This document shows positions 1-13,262 of a stretch of DNA of 64,000 bases, in pieces. The notes under the pieces are model-generated. The model did no database searches. It was not told the origin of the DNA and saw only the letters and a list, made by a program, of their open reading frames with translations. The position numbers and the translations under genes were made by a program. The stretch is taken from positions 44,516,001 through 44,580,000 of the forward strand of contig NC_043009.1 of NCBI RefSeq assembly GCF_006345805.1, read 5' to 3'. Source of the DNA: Octopus sinensis. Taxonomy: Eukaryota. The first letter of the stretch is position 1. Each line of letters begins with the position of its first letter.

Positions 1-270
1 TCCTGGGTCTGTGGAGTTCCTTGATCAGCCCTAGTTAGAGGTTCTCCTGTATCAGGAGGACTAAATCCTTCATGTATTCACATATTTTATAAACCCTGTG
101 TGCTGTTTTTATCTCATCTCTTTCCCTCCCCACTTACCCTTCACATCTTTTTTTTTTTATGTAAACCCCCTACACAATTTGTAAATTGTCCTTGTAATGT
201 CCCTATCATCAGATGCCTCTGTGGCAAATAAAATAAATTATTATTACTATTATTATTATTATTATTATTT
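1..270 (+). mobile_element. 3' UTR of the same L1/Tx1-like family with (TTA)n tail
   Basis: Shares GTGG.GTTCCTTG...CCTGTATCAGGAGG, ATGTAAACCCCC and GTGGCAAATAAA blocks with the reverse complement of 20092-20350. Confidence 0.5.
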
Positions 271-1000
271 TCAAATATGTGAGTATGAAGAGAATGACAG
301 TTGGCAAAAAGAGAGAGAAAAAAAAAGCCCAGTAAACTATTATATACTAAATAACAGTTTATTAGAGAATACTTTGACACTTCTCTGACTTTAACAAAAA
401 TGCGGGTTGGGGTGCGTGTGTGTGTGTGAGAGAGGGGGGAGGGTGTAGAAAATGAAATAAAGAAAATGAAAGAAATGTAAAACATGAGGGGTAGGAGAGG
501 GTACAAATAGCCAAATAAATGTTAAACTGGTATTATGAAAATTGATGTCGCATGATTTCCTTAGCTGTTCAGATATGTGGTATGTGCGCGCGCGTGTGTG
601 TGTGCTTGTTTGTTATAAGATACTCAAGAATTTTACAAGTGATGAGGGAGACACTATACAGCGTTTCAACTTGCTAGAAATAGCAGCCTAGTCTCCAGTA
701 AGTTGAGAGAGAGAGCCTCTGTGTGGTCACTTGACCTGCAAAAGTAGGAGTCAAATCTCCCTCGAACTACACTATTATATCAGATAATGAGGTTCTAGGT
801 ACATTGTGCCTGGGAAAAATACAGAACGTTTGTGGCCAGAATACTGTTTGTTGGTTATAACACTGCACTTGGTCATTGCATTATAGCTCTGCTCTCAGCC
901 ACAGCTCTGCTCTTGGCCATCATGCTGCTCTCTTTCACCTTTTATCTGTTTTAATCATTGGACTGCGGCCATGCTGGAGCACTGCTTTGAAGAGCTTTTA

Positions 1001-1231
1001 TATTTCTTTACTACCCACAAGGGGCTAAACACAGAGGGGACAAACAAGGACAGACAAATGGATTAAGTCGATTACATCGACCCCAGTGCGTAACTGGTAC
1101 TTAATTTATCGACCCCGAAAGGATGAAAGGCAAAGTTGACCTCGGCGGAATTTGAACTCAGAACGCAGTGGCGGACGAAATACTGCATAACATTTCGCCC
1201 GGCGTGCTAACGTTTCTGCCAGCTCACCGCC
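1001..1231 (-). mobile_element. SINE family A copy nested in a family B SINE
   Basis: 15-bp TSD TTTGAAGAGCTTTTA (986-1000, 1232-1246); the host SINE B spans ~945-1625. Confidence 0.85.
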
Positions 1232-4200
1232 TTTGAAGAGCTTTTAGTCAAATGAATCAATCTGGGTACTAATTTTTTTTAAGAACCACCTTGAAGAGTT
1301 TTAGTCAAACAAATCAACATCAGGACTTATTCTTTGTAAGCCTGGTACTTATTCTATTGGTTCTCTTTTTGCTGAACTGCTAACTTACAGGATGTAAACA
1401 AACCAATGCCGGTTGTTAATTGGTGTTGAGGGACAAACACAGCACAAACACACACACATACATGACAGGCTTCTTTCAGTTTCTTTCTACCAAATCCATT
1501 CACAAGGCTTTGGTGGCCTGAGGCTATATAAGTCATACCTGCTGCATAGCCCAAAGTGCTATGCAGTGGGATTGAACTGGGAACCATGTGGTTGGGAAGC
1601 AAGCTTCTTTTCACACCTGTACCATAGTGCTGCTTTTGGCCATAGCTCTGTTCTTGGCCATAGCTCTGCAGTGAATCTTAACTCTCCTCTTTTAGAACTG
1701 GAATTGAGTTAAACATAAGAGCAAAAGGATGAGGATATTGGTTTAGCAACTGGGAATAAGTTTTGCTGTTGTTTAACCCTGAGTCAGCCTCGATCCAACA
1801 GACAAACCCATGATCAAAGGCATTCTTAATCATAATCATAGCATCTTTTTTTTTATTTTTTAAGGTATTGTGCCTCAAGGATTACATTATCCAATGTGTC
1901 CTGTTTTTAAAATGTTAAGTTATGATTTGAGGGAAATCTGACTGCTATTTCTTGAAGGGGGAGCAATTATATAAATGCTCCTCCTAGCTTGGAGAAGGAG
2001 CATTTATGGCCGAAAGCAGCACTGTGGTACAGGAGAATGAGAAGTTATTAGTAGACCTGACTGGATTTGAACCTAGAACATAAGGGGACATTACCAAACA
2101 CCACAATGTTTTTCTTTTACTCCAATGTTTTACCGATTTATCAACCACTGTTGATAAACATTTAAAAGATTTTTGTTAAATTCTTTGAAAGAAGATTCTG
2201 TGACCTAATTCTCTTCATTCTACTAAATGTCAGTAATTCAGTAATATTGTGTAATTAATTAAGCTTCAGTTTATTTGGGCTAATGAGAAACCACTTGAGC
2301 TTAGAGTAAATTAATATTAATACAACACTAAATACTTTAATTTCCTCACAGACAGACGAAGTTAACACATCTCGTCTCTCACTTCTCCCTCTCTTTCTCT
2401 TATTCTCCAAGAGTCAGAAAATAAATATACTTTACTTTGAAAATCTAGAACAGAAGGAAAAAAGAACGAAGTAGTAGCCAACTGCCATTATCATACACAT
2501 CTTCATATAAAACTTGGCTCTGTGATAAAACTTTTTTCCAATAACCCATACTATATGAAGATTAGTGCTACTACCAAACCAGTAACGGTAAGGGTGGGGT
2601 GATGGGCTTTATCCCCCTCCTCTTCCCCACGTACACACACCATTTCTTTCTTTTACTGAACTCCTTTTCATAAACCAACTGATATGCTTGACTGAGAAAG
2701 TTAAAACAGTTACGTAATTGTCGTTGTTGACTTGTTTACATAAAACATTTTTAAAAAATATGTTGTCTCCTTATTTTTGTCCTATGCTTCATGGCAGTGG
2801 GGGCTGAGCTAAAACCACTTAAAATAAATGACGACGTTGAAAAATTTTTTTTATTTACTACCCACTGTTAATACTATTATTTTTTTTATTGTTCTTCACT
2901 CAACAACTATATTATTAGTTTCTATTTAAAGATTTTTTTGAGGGCTTAAAAATACAAAAAAAAAAACAAACAAAAAAAAAAACAATCCCCATATGAAAAA
3001 ATAAAATAAAATAAAGCAAACCACTTTCTGGACATAACTTATCGTACCGCTCTAATACAAAGGTCACCAGGTCAAAATATTTCTCAGTGCCTGGCTTAAT
3101 AGACCATGACCAGTTGCTTGGCATGTTGTCTGTTGGTATCTTATAAAAAAAAATTCCTCATATATATATACTTGACAGGTCTTAGTTACATAAATAACAA
3201 CAACAAGAAGGGCGAGTGAACAACAAACTACTTATTGAAATGACAAAGTGAAGTGGAGAGAGAGAGAAGAAAGAGGCAAAAAAGAGAACTCTTGCTCTGG
3301 CTGTCACATATATATATATACATATATATATATGCACACACGCTATGCTGGTTCTCCTTGACACACACAAACGCACTTATACAATATAGATAGATAGATG
3401 TATGAAGTGTGTATTTCTGTTACGTAAATAGCCTTCTTCCTTCTAACCCAGTGACAGTCTTCACTGGTTGATTCTAGTTGACTTCATCACAAATAACGTC
3501 TCTCTGCTCTTTCTCTTTTAACAAATAATTTCATAAGACGAGATGAAATAGCTGCCAGTTAACTTTTAAACATTAAAACTCGAGTTTATTGTTCCCAGCA
3601 GAATTTGAACTTAACTTAACTTTATTATTAATTATATTCTTATATTCTTTTACATGGTTTTGTAGTCGGATTGTAGCAATGCTGGAGCACTACTTTGTAG
3701 AGTTAGTCATGCAAATTGATGTCGTTGCTTATTTTTAAGTGTGGTACTTACTCTAACGGTCTCTTTTACTGAATCGCAAAATTATGGGGATGTAAACAAA
3801 AACTTTTATTCAAGTAGTAAGAGAGCAAACACAAAGACGGGATCTTTTCGGTTTGAACGGCAGTTTGTAACATCATTTCTAGGTGACTAAAAAATTTTAA
3901 ACTTCGTATACTGGTAGAATGTGTTTATAAAACATCATTTTCTCTTGGCTTTATTGAGAAAATTCTATAGTTTGTAACATATTTCGTCTAAAATTTCTTG
4001 CATTTCGGCAATTTTAACCAATCGCTGACCGTCCATTGAGGTGAAAGCATTCTGTGCGTCATCAATGTCCCTCGTTTAAGAAACAGATTGGGTTTCAAAG
4101 ACGTTCACATACACACAACTGGCTTCTCACGGTTTCTGTCTACCAAATTTATTTACAAGGCATAGGTTGGCCCAGAACCAAAATAGAAGACACTCTAGGT

Positions 4201-7200
4201 GCCATGCAGTGGGACTGAACTTGAAAACTACATAGCTGCAAACTACACAGCAACGCTTGTGCAGGATTATATTCAATCTCTAAGACAACAACGAAACGGT
4301 TCTTCTCTAACACAACCGACTGTTTGATAAAGCTGTCCAGAAGTTCAATTCCCACTGATACCAGCTTTGCCTTTCGTTCTTCCAGGGCTGATTTAAAATA
4401 CCAACCTTGAAAAGTGGGCTTGTAGAATTGTCTACCACTCTTGTATTATTCCACCAACCAGTTCTTCATTCTCTCTTTCACTATCTTTCTCATTACCAGT
4501 ATTATTGTTGTCACCACCACCACCACCACCACGACTTTCTGCACTCACCGCACTTCCCCCTTCTCTCTCCCCTCTTCCCACTCTATTACCTGATCTCTAA
4601 TAATAATAATAATAATAATTATTATTATTATATTATTATTATTATTACATAGTTGTGACTGTTCTCTCTTAGTTTTTGTATCCCTCACCCCCAGTTTATT
4701 AAACTTCACCTCTACTCAAATAGTTCTATGTGATATGATTCTACATCACCTTTAGAATGTTCCTTAATCAACACCCAACCACATACACTACAAATTTCAA
4801 ACTTTCTCCCCCCACCCATCTACTTCCTCAAGGCCATAGCCACTACCACAATTACCACCACAGCACCCTGCTATCTGTTCCAATAACCCCCTCCCTCTGC
4901 CGCCGACATTCTGCCAGTATTCCAGTTTTCCACCTCCCTCATCATCACCACCACCACCACATTCATGGTGCCCCCACCACAACCATTTGCTTCAGATTTT
5001 TTGCAGCTGAGTATGTGTGTATGTATTGTATGTATATGCATGTGTGTGTGTGTGTGGAGGAACAACAGCGATTATAAAAAAATGTTTGAAAATTAAATTT
5101 CTTTTACTTTTCTTTGTAAATGGCTATTTTGTTTTTTTTTAAAAAAACATTTTAACAAGGCATTACTTTCACTTTTCTCTGTATTTCTATCTCGTTTGTT
5201 TATTTCATATCCACCCCCATCTCTCTCTCTCTCTCATTCTAGTTAGCTGTTTGTCTATGCATGTCTCTGTCTGTCAATCTCTCTGTCTGTCTGTCTCTCT
5301 CTTCAATACAATTCTCTCATAAGATGACCTTCCTCATTTACAGACAGACATCGTCATAACTGTTTATAAAAACACAAAAACCTCATCATCTTCCTTAGAC
5401 AAATATCAGATATTCCACCAATATCAACCTGTTTAGAAAAGTGCGTGTCTGAGACTAAGGGTGGTGGAGTAGTTTTAATGAATAATTCCTAAATATTTAG
5501 TTTATTGTGTCTTCTGTCAACAACACATTATTTTAAATACAGTTTCAGTTTATTTTTTTAAGGCATTTCTTTTGTTTATTTAAATTTTAATCTTTTCCAT
5601 TAAAATTTTACTTTGTGTATTTGAATGCATTCTGTGTGTGTGTGTGTGTTGCACTATACAAGAACAGGTGAAATGTTATGTTTTTTTGGGTTTTTTTCTA
5701 CAGGTGAGTGATGGTGTAGGTGTGATTTGGAAGGAGTAGAAGTCTGTGTTTACCCTATATTAGAACGTAGTAAGGGGCAGGTGGAAATTGTCTTTAAGTG
5801 TGTTTTGCCATACTCAACAAGAGGCATAGTGCAGTTCTTGCGTGTCTGTGTGACTGTTTAGGTGTAGTTTTGTGTGTGTGTGTGTCTTTTATTGTACACT
5901 GGAACATGTGTGGTGGGATGCAGAGAGAAAGAGAGAGAAATTGTGGTAGTGGTGGTGGTTGGCAGTGAGGATGGTGAGTCGCAGATTTTTTTCTAGATGT
6001 GATTAATCTTCATAATTACCTTCAAAGAATATCGTCTTCTTTCACATTGTCTACCCCTGCCCCCACTGACAACTTTATTTAACTTATTGCATAGAATAAT
6101 GATGGAAAGAGATTTTTCTTTTTATATTTTATATCATGATGGAGGGGTACAAAGGAATTGAGAAGAGAGGGGTGTGCATGGGTAGGGTGGAGTATGATTA
6201 TTAAAAAAATAAAGGGAAAGATCATAAACAGTATTGTAACAACAGTAGCAGCAGCCAAATTAGTTAAAATGTAGTTTTGCTTTTTACATTCTGAGTTCAA
6301 ATCCTGCCACGGTCAACTTTGATATTTTCAGTGTTGATATAAGAAAGTGCTACACAAGTGCAGGGGTCAATGTGATCAACTACCCACTTCCCCAAATTTC
6401 AGGCTTTCTACCTATAGTATAAAGAATGCTTCTTCTTCCTGCCCTGAACATATCCCTGTGATGTTGCAGCTCATTCCTACAGCTGAATGAACTGGAGCAA
6501 TGTGAAATAAAGTGTCTTGCCCAAGAACACAACACACAACCCGGTCCAGAAATTGAACTCCCTATCTCGTGATTGTGGGCCCGGCAATCTAACCATTGAG
6601 CCATGGAAGGCCAGGCGGCAGTTTTCTTGTCTGGTGGCTCTAGCAAAAGAAGTTGTGTAGTGGATGTGACTGGAACGGAGGAGACATACTTTTATCTTTA
6701 GTCAAGCTCTCATTGACCTTTTCAAGTTGGAGTGGAGTGTAAAAAAGTGATAATTTCTTCTAAATTTATTAAAAGGTGAGTGAGTGTTCTAAGTATGGCT
6801 CTGAGTGAAGAGTTTGACTTTCAACATGTACCTATAGGTTGAGAAATAAAACGAGGAGAGAGGGTGCTTAATATTGGCAGTTAGAGTAATCCAGGATTTA
6901 TGAGGTTCCTTTACTGGCCCTGAGTGGCAGTCCTCTTCTTGAGACACATCACATATTGTATACTATCACTTTTTCATTTGTTTAACCTTCATTTCTGCAC
7001 ACCTTTTTATAACCCAGTAATGTCCGTCATCATCATCACCACCATCATCATCATCATCGCGGTGGGCTGGCAGAATTGTTAGCATACTGGGTGAAATGCT
7101 TAATGATATTTCATCAGTCTTCACACTCTAGGTTCAAATTCTGTCAAGGTTGACTTTTCCTTTCATCCTTTCAGGGTTAAGTACTAGTGAAACACTGGGT

Positions 7201-7420
7201 TGACCTAATCAGCTAGTTCCCTCCCTCAAAATTTCAGGCTTTGTGCCTATATTAGAAAGGATTATTATTATTAGTTTAAATTCCGCTGAGGTCGACTTTG
7301 CCTTTCATCCTTTCAGGGTCAATAAAATAAGTACCAGTTGAACACTGAGGGTTAACGTAATCAACACATCTCCACCTCCCCCAAGCTACCCTTGTGGCAA
7401 AAATTTGAAATAATAATAAT

Positions 7421-7925
7421 ACGGCCACGTTCGGAAGGTTTTCTTATGTACCACCGGCACTGGTACCACAAAACTACAAATTCCATTGATCAAAATCGAA
7501 ATCTATCAACATCAATGGAATTTGTAGTTTTGTGGTACCTGTGCCGGTGGCACATAAGAAAACCTTCCGAACGTGGCCGTAGCCAGTACCGCATCGACTG
7601 GCCTCCGTGCTGGTGGCACGTAACAAACACCATCTGATCGTGGCCGTGCCAGCCTCGCCTGGCCTCCGTGCCAGTGGCACGTAAAAAACACCATCCGAGC
7701 GTGGCCGTTTGCCAGCCTCGTCTGGCACCTGTGTCGGTGGCACATAAAAAGCACCCACTACACTCACGGAGTGGTTGGCGTTAGGAAGGGCATCCAGCTG
7801 TAGAAACACTGCCAGATCTGACTGGGCTTGGCGCAGCCTTCTGGCTTCTCAGATCCCAGTTGAACCGTCCAACCCATGCTAGCATGGAAAACGGACGTTA
7901 AACGATGATGATGATGATGATGATT
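7421..7925 (+). mobile_element. 5'-truncated RTE 3' UTR copy with 70-bp 5' fold-back duplication
   Basis: Same tail family as 42516-43215 with (GAT)n end; arms 7421-7490 and 7511-7580 are inverted with 2 mismatches. Confidence 0.7.
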
Positions 7926-8891
7926 GTTGTTATTAAGAAGGTGGCGAGCTGGCAGAATTGTTAGCACATGGGACAAAATGCTTAACAGTATTTCGCCTGT
8001 CGCTATGTTCTGAGTTCAAATTGCGCTGAGGTCAACTTTACCTTTCATCCTTTCGGAGTCGATAAATTAAGTGCTAGTTGAGTACTGGGGTCAATGTAAT
8101 TGACTATCCCCCTCCCCCAAATTTCAGGTTTTGTGCCTATGAATAGAAAGAATTATTATTATTAAGGCTGTCACCCACATGGTAGCATCTGTCATGCTTT
8201 CACTAATTGTCTTAGGTGCCCATGTAGTCATAAGGAGACATAACCCCTGTAGGGCTTCCTACCCATTGACTTTAAGACATCCAGGATGTCTGCTTGTGTG
8301 AGAGAGATACACCAGTACTTGGTTGGTACTCATTTATAGCTGTGTAGACTAGGTCAACATGAAATGAAGTACTTCACCAAAGGACACAACATGCTGCCTG
8401 CTCTAGGAATTGAACTCATGACATTATGATTGGGGGCTGAACATCCTAAACACTAAGCTAGATCATCATCATTTACTCGGGCCTGCTTGGACATAGAATG
8501 TCTTTCAGTTGCTAATTTCTTGACATTGGTCACAGATCCTAAAGATGATTGCAGTGCCAGTCAAACTGACGAGTTGCTCAGACCAAGATTCATGAATGCC
8601 TAATTTGTTCTGGGAAGAAGTCCAGAGACAGAATATCCTTTTTTATGCTTTACCTTTCATTCCCTACTACTATCCACCCTTCCAATGATAATGGCATTTC
8701 TGCTCTTTGCAGGGCTTCAGGATTTCACCATAACCCTGGCAGGGTGGCTAATGGGTGTTATGCCTTGTCAAGGGGCAACCGTTGATTTTGTCTGGGACTG
8801 CTTATTGAGTATCTACGGCTAACCTGTATATCTACAAGCCATTTCCCTATCCGCAAGCTGGATATCCAATAGATGGTATTATTAATGGACA

Positions 8892-9123
8892 AGGCGGCGA
8901 GCTAGCAGAAACGTTAGCACGCCGGGCGAAATGCTTTGCGGTATTTCGTCTGCCGTTACGTTCTGAGTTCAAATTCCACTGAGGTCGACTTTGCCTTTCA
9001 TCCTCCCGGGGTCGATAAATTAAGCACCAGTTATGCACTGGGGTTGATGTAATCGACTTAATACCTATGTCTGTCCTTGTTTGTCCCCTCTATGTTTAGC
9101 CCCTTGTGGGTAGTAAAGAAATA
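8892..9123 (+). mobile_element. tRNA-derived SINE family A, young intact copy
   Basis: A-box-like TAGCAGAAACGTTAG, B-box GAGTTCAAATTCC, body GTCGACTTTGCCTTTCATCC...GGTCGATAAA; 17-bp TSD GGTATTATTAATGGACA (8875-8891, 9124-9140). Dozens of older copies occur across the window. Confidence 0.85.
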
Positions 9124-10364
9124 GGTATTATTAATGGACAGAAAAATAATCAGTGCATATATTTAATTATAAAAGATGACTCTTCCAAAATAGCAGGATA
9201 TTTAATGAACAACCTTAAACAAAAAAATACCAATTGATCATTTACATTATTTCTCAATACCTGGTGTTTAACAAGTGTTTAACAAGTTAGTTTCTTACCC
9301 AACAACCACATGATCCTAGGCATTCCAGTTGTGGCCATCCCAACTTTCTTTTAAAAAAGAGTTTACATCTAGGACTACATTACCCAATATGTTCTTTTTT
9401 TTTTTAGATTAGTTGGGTGTGATCAAAGGAAGATTTGGCTGCTATTTCTAGCACATCAATCATTCAAAAGCACCCTTTAAGGATACCATTGAAGATTGCG
9501 ACAAAATATCAATTATTAGCTGCTAACTGTCTCGATGTTTACTTTTCCTTGTATGTTCGCTAAAAGTATGTTCTCTATTTACGACAGTGATTAGCTAACG
9601 TCTCTTATAAAACGTGTTTGGATTATGAGATGAGAAAGTCATTTCAGAGTGTAGTCCCTAGGGAGAACATGTGGACCTGACAAACTGAAATTAATCAAGT
9701 AAATCTTTACTTCAGCCTAGTTATATCTCAGCCATCTTCTCGGTAGTCATGGCAACAGTTTTGTTTTTGGGTTTTTTTTAAATTTTTTACTATGGACTAC
9801 TTATCAAATCTAACATCACTAGACGTTTATAATTGCCAAATATATACCTAAATTGTATGTTGTTTGATGAGAAAGCAAGTGCAATCTTCACTATTTCGAT
9901 TGCTAATACAGGGTATGACCAAAAGTTTTTTAAAAAAATATATATTTTATAGGATGACAAAAGTTCCAACATCATACAAAAAAAAAAAAGAAGATAAAAT
10001 GTAAACCATCAGCTCAATGAAGACAAAGTTACCAACTGCTTAACTTCAATAGTGCCAATCCAATGGCTGTGTAAAATGTGGGATGTTTTTCTGCCGCATT
10101 TTGTACTTCATAAGTCAAACTCAACCAAACATTTCGAGAGAGAGAAGAAAAATACAAGGGCAGAGAAGGACAGGGAGTTTTAAATGTAGAATTATTTAGG
10201 AGCATAATTGGAAATGATATAATGACCTGTTTGTCTGACTGACTGTCGAAATATGTAAATTAGTATTTTGTTTTAATAATGTTACTAATGAAGTAAGTAT
10301 TATAATCAGCAGACTAATTTAAACAGTCTTAATGAGGATTAAAGTTGATTATAAGTTGTGAATT

Positions 10365-10410
10365 ATAATAATAATAATAATAATTGTGTACAGTGCTCAG
10401 GTGCACTACA
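10365..10410 (-). other. LINE 3' end: stem-loop TGTAGTGC-ACCTGA-GCACTGTA followed by (ATT)n tail
   Basis: Directly visible hairpin about 25 nt after the ORF2 stop, then ATT repeats. This is the usual architecture of CR1/L2 3' recognition ends. Confidence 0.7.
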
Positions 10411-10433
10411 ACTCATCTAAAGTGTATATATAA

Positions 10434-13262
10434 TCAGGTGAAGTTTCGGCGGATTTCAGAAAGCATGAGGGCCTTAAAAGATGCAGTGTCATGGCAGTCA
10501 ACAACTGACGCAGGCAGTTTATTCCATGCTTCAGCAACTCTGAGCGTGAAAAAATGTTTCCGAAAGTCATGGGAGCTGTATTGTTTTCTGACTTTGTAGG
10601 CATGTCCACGTGTGTTAGACACATGGAGGTCAAAAAGGTGTTCAGTGTTGTTGTTGGTGAGGTGGTTGATAACTTTGTGGGTGTTTACCAAGTCCGTCGC
10701 CAAACGCCGGAGCTTCAGTGAATCCATGCCCAGGGAAACAAGGCGCTCAGAATATGGTAGGTGTCTGATGGAGGGTATGCGTTTGGTTGCACGTCTCTGG
10801 ACAGATTCCAGGAGGTCAATGTTCTGTGCAAGATAGGGGTTCCAAACTGATGATGCGAATTCCAAGTGTGGTCGTACCATAGCTGTATACAGTTTTAAAT
10901 AGATGGCTGGAGAGCGGCTAACAAAAGACCTGCTGAGTGATGCCAAGACACCCTCGGCCTTCCTGACAATCTTAGAGATATGCTTTGACCAACGCAGATC
11001 ACTGCTGACAGTGATGCCTAGGTCACGCTCGCAAGAGGATTTCTTGATATCAGTGTTGTGGAGGGAGTATGTGAACGCAGGGTTTTTTCTCCCAAAATGC
11101 ATGGTGGTACACTTGTCCACAGCCAGTTTCAGTTGCCAGTCTGTGATCCATTGCTGCATTGTGTCTAGGTCTGATTGCAGGAAAGAGTTGTAGACATCAG
11201 GATCTGTCCTCTTGATTTCAAGGTACAGCTTGATGTCGTCTGCATATTTCAATACTGTGGCATTCTTTAAATTGGCATCTATGTCGTTAATGTATGCCAC
11301 AAACAAGAGGGGGCCAAGGACAGATCCCTGTGGTACACCCGATGACATCTCATATGGTGTAGAGTGCTGTCCTAGAACTGTGACTACCTCCTTTCGGCTG
11401 AGGATGAAGGATTTCAACCAGTTAAAAAGGTCATCCCCCACACCCATTGCAGAGAGTTTCACCATAAGCCTTTTGTGTGGCACAGAGTTGAAAGCCTTAG
11501 CAAAGTCAAGGTAGACAACATCCACCCATGAGCCACTGTCAGTAATCTGAGTAATGTCCTCAAGGAACTCGACAAGCTGGTCACTGCAGCTGGAGTTAGG
11601 GACAAATCCATATTGTGAGGGTCGGATGAGACTGTGAGAGCTCCAGAAGTTCCAGAGTGTTTCTCTGACACACGATTCCATCAGTTTTGCAATACAGCTA
11701 GTGAGACTGACTGGGCGATAGTTGACAGGTGATGTGCGGTCGCCCTTTTTGAACAGAGGAATGACACTGGCAGTTTTCCACTGCTCCGGAGTAGCACTAT
11801 TGTTGAGACAGTACTGGAAGAAAATAGAAAGCTGGTGTAAAAGGAAGTGCCTGCCACGTTTGAGAAGCAGGTATGTAACTCCATCGAGACCAGGGGAGGC
11901 ATAGTTGCGCTTATTTTGAAGGTGACGTCGCAGCATTGCAGGTGTAAATTCCATAGTTGTTATGGAGTTTGCTGTTAGTGATGGCGAAGATGGTACATTT
12001 TGACTTTCAACAGTGAATATGTTTGCATAGCACTCGGCAATGAGTTCTGCGCATTCCTTGGGGTCGTCAGTGATCTGGTTTGTGTGAGGGTTGCGAAGAG
12101 GGCCCACTGGAGAGTGAGGTCTCTGCTTTGAGTGCACATATTTCCAGAAAACCTTGCTGTCAGGATTGGCTGCTATGCACTGTTCAAATTCAAGCACTGC
12201 TTTTTTTGTCACTTGCTTGAGATGGTTGGAGGATTTATTCCGCTTCTTCCTGTTGGTGTCTGATTTATGCAACCTGTATTCCCGTTCAGCAGTCCGACGT
12301 TCCTCCTGGCAAGTCGGACCGCTGAAGTTTCCCAAATTGCCCTTTTGGGGCGGTTCTTCTTTTTTTGTTTACGTGGCACTGATGCTGCACATGCTGCCCA
12401 TATTGAGTCCAGGATACTCTGGAGTATAGTATTCACATCTCCAGAGTTGTAGAATTCACGCCAGTTTGGGTGCTGTAGTTCAGGTGGTACAGGTTCCAAT
12501 CTGCTCTCTTCCAATCGAAGGAAGCAGATTGGAGATGGTTCAGGTTTTTGTTGCCCGCAAGAGCCAGATTGGCGATGATCATAGCATGATCAGAGTCACC
12601 TAGAGGTTCCTCCGTAGTGCAATTGATAACCGCTTCAGGAGTTGTGGTGAAGAGCAGGTCCAAGGTGTTGTCGCCTCTTGTTGGAGAGGTGACTACTTGT
12701 GACCAGTTTGAGTCCAGCACAAGCTCAACAAAATCGTTTGCACTCTGTGGCCAATGGAAGGTCTCCCAATCGATCTCAGGATGATTGAAATCGCCTGCAA
12801 TAAACACATAAGTGGCTGTTTTCCTGGCAGCAGCTCGGAGGACATTGCAAAGCTGTGTGTCCCGATGGTAACTTGGGGGACGATAAACAACGCCAAGCAG
12901 GAGTGTTGACATGGTCATACGCACGTCACAGAAAAAACTTCTTCTTGTGATTCGTTCAAATCGGCACAAGGAATTACCAAAAAATTTGAACGAACGTAGA
13001 CCATCACACCACCACCACGGCGGTTAGTGCGGTCCTTACGGAAGAGGTTGTACCCCGTAATGTTGAAAACCCCATCACAGAGTAAGGAATGCGCCCATGT
13101 TTCCGTGACAGTGATGAAGTCAGGGTCAACACTTCTGACGTAGGCGTTGAACAAATGTATTTTGTTGCATAAACTGCGAGCATTTAAGGACAACAATTTG
13201 TACCCTGCTCGCAGTTTATGATGGTGTGTAGAGGATGGCAGGTTGTTCTGGCTTAGTTTCCC
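10434..13262 (-). pseudogene. LINE ORF2 (~943 aa reconstructed): APE endonuclease + reverse transcriptase; three single-base deletions
   Basis: EN motifs LNARSL, TETW, VYRPP, GDFN, LDL, SDH. RT motifs YRPVSLTS, YLDFAKAF, GVPQGSVLGPLLF, YADD. CR1-type C-terminus RDLGI, RPHLEFASSVWNPY, TRGH. Frame breaks at ~12932-12937 (A6 run), ~12482 and ~12300. Confidence 0.93.

Noticed and set aside
7572-7760. Regularly spaced repeats resembling a CRISPR array (also 58245-58437)
   Set aside because: Eukaryotic context; whole units are homologous with no unique spacers and no cas genes.
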